From an uncultured delta proteobacterium (GTDB lineage Bacteria; Desulfobacterota; BSN033; UBA1163): DNA of 64,000 nucleotides. The notes below the pieces were generated by a model. It searched no databases. It worked only from the letters and a program-made list of their open reading frames with translations, and was not told where the DNA came from. The stretch lies in assembly GCA_963708295.1 (NCBI GenBank), contig CAVPSJ010000015.1, positions 96,001 through 160,000 on the forward strand, given 5' to 3'. This document shows, piece by piece, positions 60,071 to 64,000 of the stretch. Position 1 is the first letter of the stretch. Each line of letters opens with the position of its first letter. The position numbers were made by a program, and so were the translations under genes.

Positions 60071-60766
60071 ATGATGGATGATTTCGATGTCAAGCCGATA
60101 TTAGAAAGTCTCTTCTTCATTTCGGATTCCCCCATCCGGCTTGAAGCCCTGGTCGAGATGCTGCCCGAATCGAACAAAGAAGGTATTTTAGAAGGGATTC
60201 GTCAGATTCAGGCAGAATACGGAGATCGGTCCAAGGGCATTGAGCTGGTAGAAATAGCCGGTGGATATCAATTCCGAACGAAACCAGGCTGGGCCGAATG
60301 GGTTCATCGGCTGAAAAAGACGAAGCCGGTGAAGCTGAGCCAAGCCGCTCTGGAGACACTCGCCATCGTGGCCTATCGCCAGCCTGTCATACGACCTGCG
60401 ATCGAAGAGATTCGAGGAGTCGATACGGGATCGGTTCTTCACACTCTATTAGAGAAGGGGCTGGTCAAGATCATGGGCCGAAAAGAGCTACCCGGGCGGC
60501 CCATTGTCTATGGAACCACCAAAGCCTTTCTCGAACTCTTCAGTCTTAATTCGGTTTCCGATCTCCCCAAGCTCCAGGAAATTGAACTGCCTCCAGCGCC
60601 TCAGGAGGTATCACCCCGGGAAACATTCCCCCAAGAGACGCCTACACAAGAAGCGTCACCCCAAGAAACGTCATCCCAAGAAGCGTGCGAGGGAGAGATG
60701 ATAAAACCCGAGACGGAGGAGGGTCCCTCTCCTCAAGACCTCCCCTTGGATCAAGGAGAGGAATAG
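60071..60766 (+). CDS. scpB: SMC-Scp complex subunit ScpB with a pentapeptide-repeat tail
   Basis: LSQAALETLAIVAYRQPV, IRGV and GRPIVYGTT, plus (PQExx)n 15-bp repeats. Confidence 0.95.
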   Translation: MMDDFDVKPILESLFFISDSPIRLEALVEMLPESNKEGILEGIRQIQAEYGDRSKGIELVEIAGGYQFRTKPGWAEWVHRLKKTKPVKLSQAALETLAIVAYRQPVIRPAIEEIRGVDTGSVLHTLLEKGLVKIMGRKELPGRPIVYGTTKAFLELFSLNSVSDLPKLQEIELPPAPQEVSPRETFPQETPTQEASPQETSSQEACEGEMIKPETEEGPSPQDLPLDQGEE

Positions 60767-60775
60767 AGACTTCCA

Positions 60776-61540
60776 TTGGCACTGGAGCGAATTCAAAAGA
60801 TAATAGCCAAAGCCGGGATTGCTTCGAGAAGGGAAGCCGAGAGGATGGTGGTCGAAGGAAGGGTTTCGGTCAACGGAAAGATCGTTGAGACCCTGGGTTT
60901 TAAAGCCGATCCTTCCAGAGATTACATCAAAGTCGACGGGAAGAGACTCGCCTCTTTTGAACCGAAAGTCATCCTGCTCTTGAATAAACCCAGAGGCTAT
61001 CTTTCCACGGTCAAAGACCCCGGGGGAAGGCCGACCATCATGGACCTTCTCAGAAACGTCAAATGGAGAATCTATCCGGTAGGCCGTCTGGATTTCGATG
61101 CGGAGGGACTGCTTCTTCTCACGAATGATGGTGACCTGGCTCATCTCCTCTCCCATCCCAGATTCTCCATTCCAAAGACCTATCTGGTGAAGGTGGCAGG
61201 CGTTCCGGAGGAGAAGAAACTGGAGCGGCTCAGGAGGGGCGTGATGCTCGAAGACGGGAAAGCCAGAGCGGTCTCATGTAGCCTGATCCGCCAGAGGGAG
61301 AAAAATAGCTGGGTACGGGTCGTGGTGACAGAAGGGAGAAACCATCTGGTGAAGCGAATGTTTTCAGCCATTGGCCATACCGTTCTCAAGCTGAAACGAA
61401 TCGAATACGGACCCATTCCATTAGGGGACCTTCCTTTCGGACGATCCCGCACTCTGACCGTTGGAGAGGTGCAAAAGCTCGAACAAATAAGTTCGGAGCG
61501 TCGAGGTCGGAGTTCGGAGGGTGGAGTCAAAAACTCTTAG
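60776..61540 (+). CDS. rluB: RsuA-family pseudouridine synthase (RluB-like)
   Basis: S4 domain RIQK..A.AGIASRR, PVGRLD and EGRNH.VKRM, following scpB. Confidence 0.88.
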   Translation: MALERIQKIIAKAGIASRREAERMVVEGRVSVNGKIVETLGFKADPSRDYIKVDGKRLASFEPKVILLLNKPRGYLSTVKDPGGRPTIMDLLRNVKWRIYPVGRLDFDAEGLLLLTNDGDLAHLLSHPRFSIPKTYLVKVAGVPEEKKLERLRRGVMLEDGKARAVSCSLIRQREKNSWVRVVVTEGRNHLVKRMFSAIGHTVLKLKRIEYGPIPLGDLPFGRSRTLTVGEVQKLEQISSERRGRSSEGGVKNS

Positions 61541-61672
61541 CTATTCTACCCCCTCGTTGCTTTACACCCAGCCGAATTGTGCTTAAGATGTTATTCTGTA
61601 TTCGGAGCTGCGAACGCTGAAATAAGTTGGATTTAGGTTGTTACTCCGAACGCTGAACTCCGAACCCCGAAC
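61490..61672. repeat. Inverted array of heptamers (TTCGGAG)n / (CTCCGAA)n
   Basis: Degenerate units on both arms. The left arm overlaps the 3' end of rluB. Confidence 0.65.
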
Positions 61673-61678
61673 GAAACG

Positions 61679-62251
61679 ATGCTGACCGGCGTTGAGATCA
61701 AGAGAAAGATTGTCCATTTTGCCACCCTCATCGTTCCTGTCGGATACGGGCTGACTTCTGAAAAAACGGTTATCCTCTTCCTCGTTCCTTTCTTTTTAGC
61801 CCTTCTCCTGGTGGATCTCCTTCGTCACTTCCACCCCGGGATGGCTTCCCTTTTTCATAAGTATTTCTTTGGAAGGGTTCTCAGAGAGGAAGAGAAGCCT
61901 TCTTTTATGGGAGCAACCTATTTCATTTTCTCAACCATCCTGACCATTCTCCTCTTTCCTAAATCCATTGCCATTGCAAGCATTCTCATCCTGATCGTTT
62001 CCGATACCGCGGCCGCCTTGATCGGGAAGGGGATAGGAAGGATCAAAATCTTTGGGAAAACCCTTGAAGGGAGCATGGCCTTTTTGATCACATCCCTGGC
62101 GATTGTGTGGATCTATCCTCATCTGGACCGATTCTCAGGAAGTCTTGCAGCGTTGGGGGCCACAGGGATCGAGATTCTTCCCATAAGAGTGAACGACAAT
62201 CTCAGCATTCCCCTGGTGGCAGGGGCGATCATGTTTTTCGTGGCGGGATGA
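61679..62251 (+). CDS. CTP-dependent polyprenol/phytol/diacylglycerol kinase family membrane protein
   Basis: RKIVH, SDTAAALIG, GKTLEGS and DNLSIP. Confidence 0.88.
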   Translation: MLTGVEIKRKIVHFATLIVPVGYGLTSEKTVILFLVPFFLALLLVDLLRHFHPGMASLFHKYFFGRVLREEEKPSFMGATYFIFSTILTILLFPKSIAIASILILIVSDTAAALIGKGIGRIKIFGKTLEGSMAFLITSLAIVWIYPHLDRFSGSLAALGATGIEILPIRVNDNLSIPLVAGAIMFFVAG

Positions 62252-63113
62252 AGGAAGAAAATTTCGTCAGGATCTCGACGATTGTTCTGGCTTCTTCTTC
62301 CGAAGCAATCCTGGGAATCGCCGCATAAACCTTCAGTTCATCAAAGAGAAAAGAAAAGGCCCCCTCGGATTCTTTTAAGAGCGTTCCGTCAGCAAGAGGG
62401 TTGAGGCTGATCACGGGTTTGTCAAACTTCTTGATCAGCTGGGCGGCACGCTGCAGATCGAAGAGGCTCCATTTATTATTGATGGGAACGGCGTAGGCCG
62501 CCACGTCGAGGGGTTTGGCCTTTGGAAGGACAAAGGTCGCCCATTGACCCGAAAAGAGGGGAATGAATCCTTTTCTCCTGATCCTTGCGACCATTTCGTG
62601 GAGGAGGTCGATCCGGCCCAGCGCCAGGAGCCAGTCCCCGTATTGCTCTCCGATGAAGAGGAATGGAGACTCTTCCGGATCGAAGAGAGAAAGGGCCTCC
62701 TCAAAACGAAGAGGGTCGAAGGCGATCCGGTCAATCTCTTTTTGTGTGAAGACCTCGGAAGAAGAAGAGGCGGGGAGAATATTACGGGGAAGATTGGAAG
62801 GGAGGAGGTCCCTTCTGATCGTTGAGGTGATTTTGGATTCAAATCGATGGAGGGGTTTCCCCAAAAGAGAAGCTCCTTTCTCCGCGTCCAGATGGCAGAA
62901 ACCCATGAGATCGCCGTCATCCGTTAAGTCTCTTAACTTTCGGAAAGATTCAAGTTGCTTCGGAGAGGAGAGATCGAAGGACCAAGCTCCGATTCCATAG
63001 GCTATTCTCATCAGAGAAAGAACCTTCTGGGGGTCCGGTGTTGAGGCATGGACGGAGAAAATGACCCGGGGTACCTTTCTCCCCTCCAAAAGGGTGATGG
63101 GCAACGGCATCAT
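62229..63113 (-). CDS. Hypothetical protein
   Basis: 294-aa ORF filling the gap between recognisable genes. No confident motif. Confidence 0.65.
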   Translation of the reverse strand: MMPLPITLLEGRKVPRVIFSVHASTPDPQKVLSLMRIAYGIGAWSFDLSSPKQLESFRKLRDLTDDGDLMGFCHLDAEKGASLLGKPLHRFESKITSTIRRDLLPSNLPRNILPASSSSEVFTQKEIDRIAFDPLRFEEALSLFDPEESPFLFIGEQYGDWLLALGRIDLLHEMVARIRRKGFIPLFSGQWATFVLPKAKPLDVAAYAVPINNKWSLFDLQRAAQLIKKFDKPVISLNPLADGTLLKESEGAFSFLFDELKVYAAIPRIASEEEARTIVEILTKFSSFIPPRKT

Positions 63114-63223
63114 CTTTTCATTCTATTATTTTTTGTCTATCTTCTCAAATCAAAAAAAAGGAGGACGCGTTCATGGTGTGAAAATAACAAGATTAGGTTA
63201 AGAAAACGGAGTCAAAAAACACA

Positions 63224-64000
63224 ATGGATGCCTTAAGACTTTTCAAGAATCGACTGCAAGCGCGATTCCTTCGCCGGCCCAACCGGTTCTTGGTTCGATG
63301 CCTACGGAGGGGACGAATCCTGTCCGCTTTTCTGCCAAACCCGGGGAGGCTTCAAGAATTGCTCTTGCCAGGCCGAAACATTTATTTGGTGAGAGAAGAA
63401 AAATCATCAAGCCGAAAGACCCGCTACACAGCCGTGGCGGTCGACCGGGACCGTCATCCCGTCATGCTCCACACCCATCGTACGAATGAAGTAGCCCGAT
63501 TCCTTCTCCAGGAAAGGAAGATACCGGGGTTGGAGAATGTAAGAAGGGTGAGGTCTGAGATTCGGGTGGGGAGGAGCCGGTTTGACTTTCTCTTAGAAGA
63601 GAGGAGCCAAGATATCCTCCTCGAGGTGAAGTCTTGCACCCTGGTCGGAGAAAAAGTCGCCATGTTTCCCGATGCCGTGACCGAGAGAGGGGCTCGTCAT
63701 CTCAGAGAGCTGGCCGAGATTTCAAAGGAGGGCATCCGAACGGTCATTCTCTTCGTTGTCCATTGGCCCTTCGCCAAAATCTTTATGCCTGATTTTCACA
63801 CAGACCTCCGTTTCTCCCAGACGCTTCTTCGGGTTCGGGACAGAGTCGAAGTAATCGCTGTCTCTGTCCGCTGGCGACAGGATCTTTCACTCTCTTCCAG
63901 GATCAAGGTTCTCGACATACCGTGGGATGCCATTGAAAAGGAGGCCAAGGACCGGGGGAGCTATCTTCTGATTTTGAATCTGAAGAGGAATCGGAAGATC
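63224..64000 (+). CDS. sfsA: SfsA family nuclease, apparently fused to a DUF123/GIY-YIG-like domain (runs off window)
   Basis: Not in the ORF track. Manual translation gives RPNRF, LPNPGRLQELL, SRFDFLL, EVKSCTL and FPDAVTERGARHL, continuing into DRGSYLLILNL. Confidence 0.9.
   Translation, partial: MDALRLFKNRLQARFLRRPNRFLVRCLRRGRILSAFLPNPGRLQELLLPGRNIYLVREEKSSSRKTRYTAVAVDRDRHPVMLHTHRTNEVARFLLQERKIPGLENVRRVRSEIRVGRSRFDFLLEERSQDILLEVKSCTLVGEKVAMFPDAVTERGARHLRELAEISKEGIRTVILFVVHWPFAKIFMPDFHTDLRFSQTLLRVRDRVEVIAVSVRWRQDLSLSSRIKVLDIPWDAIEKEAKDRGSYLLILNLKRNRKI

Noticed and set aside
60595-60685. 15-bp repeats in scpB
   Set aside because: A low-complexity, probably disordered tail of a kind common in ScpB. 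No sign of a separate element.

Overview
Bacterial chromosomal segment of roughly 50% GC whose gene content suggests an anaerobic Desulfobacterota/deltaproteobacterium (inference). Core genes include rnr, mutY, trpS, menG/ubiE, rimI, rtcB, ogt, mnmG, miaA-hfq, scpB-rluB and sfsA. An accessory stretch at about 5-18 kb carries an FG-GAP repeat protein, a PadBCD-like molybdoenzyme operon, a CoA ligase, a solute-binding protein and vapBC. Many genes there are broken by single-base indels, probably assembly errors. Further along are an LipS1/LipS2-type lipoate assembly cluster and a sigma-54 two-component module. The most striking signal is an archease-rtcB locus in which the metal-bridging active-site Cys codon of RtcB (GYDIN-C-GVR) is an in-frame TGA, followed directly by an fdhF-like SECIS hairpin. 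This predicts a selenocysteine RNA ligase. A second Sec candidate (C-GCAxxG-C-C family) has its own hairpin. Intergenic DNA holds several nested non-autonomous repeat families: five TTGAC-associated IS200/IS605-type end elements, a TIR MITE inserted into REP-like hairpins with 3-bp target duplications, and a DUF559 nuclease bracketed by 52-bp palindromic direct repeats. There is also a Trp leader-peptide attenuator upstream of trpS. No rRNA, tRNA or CRISPR array was seen.
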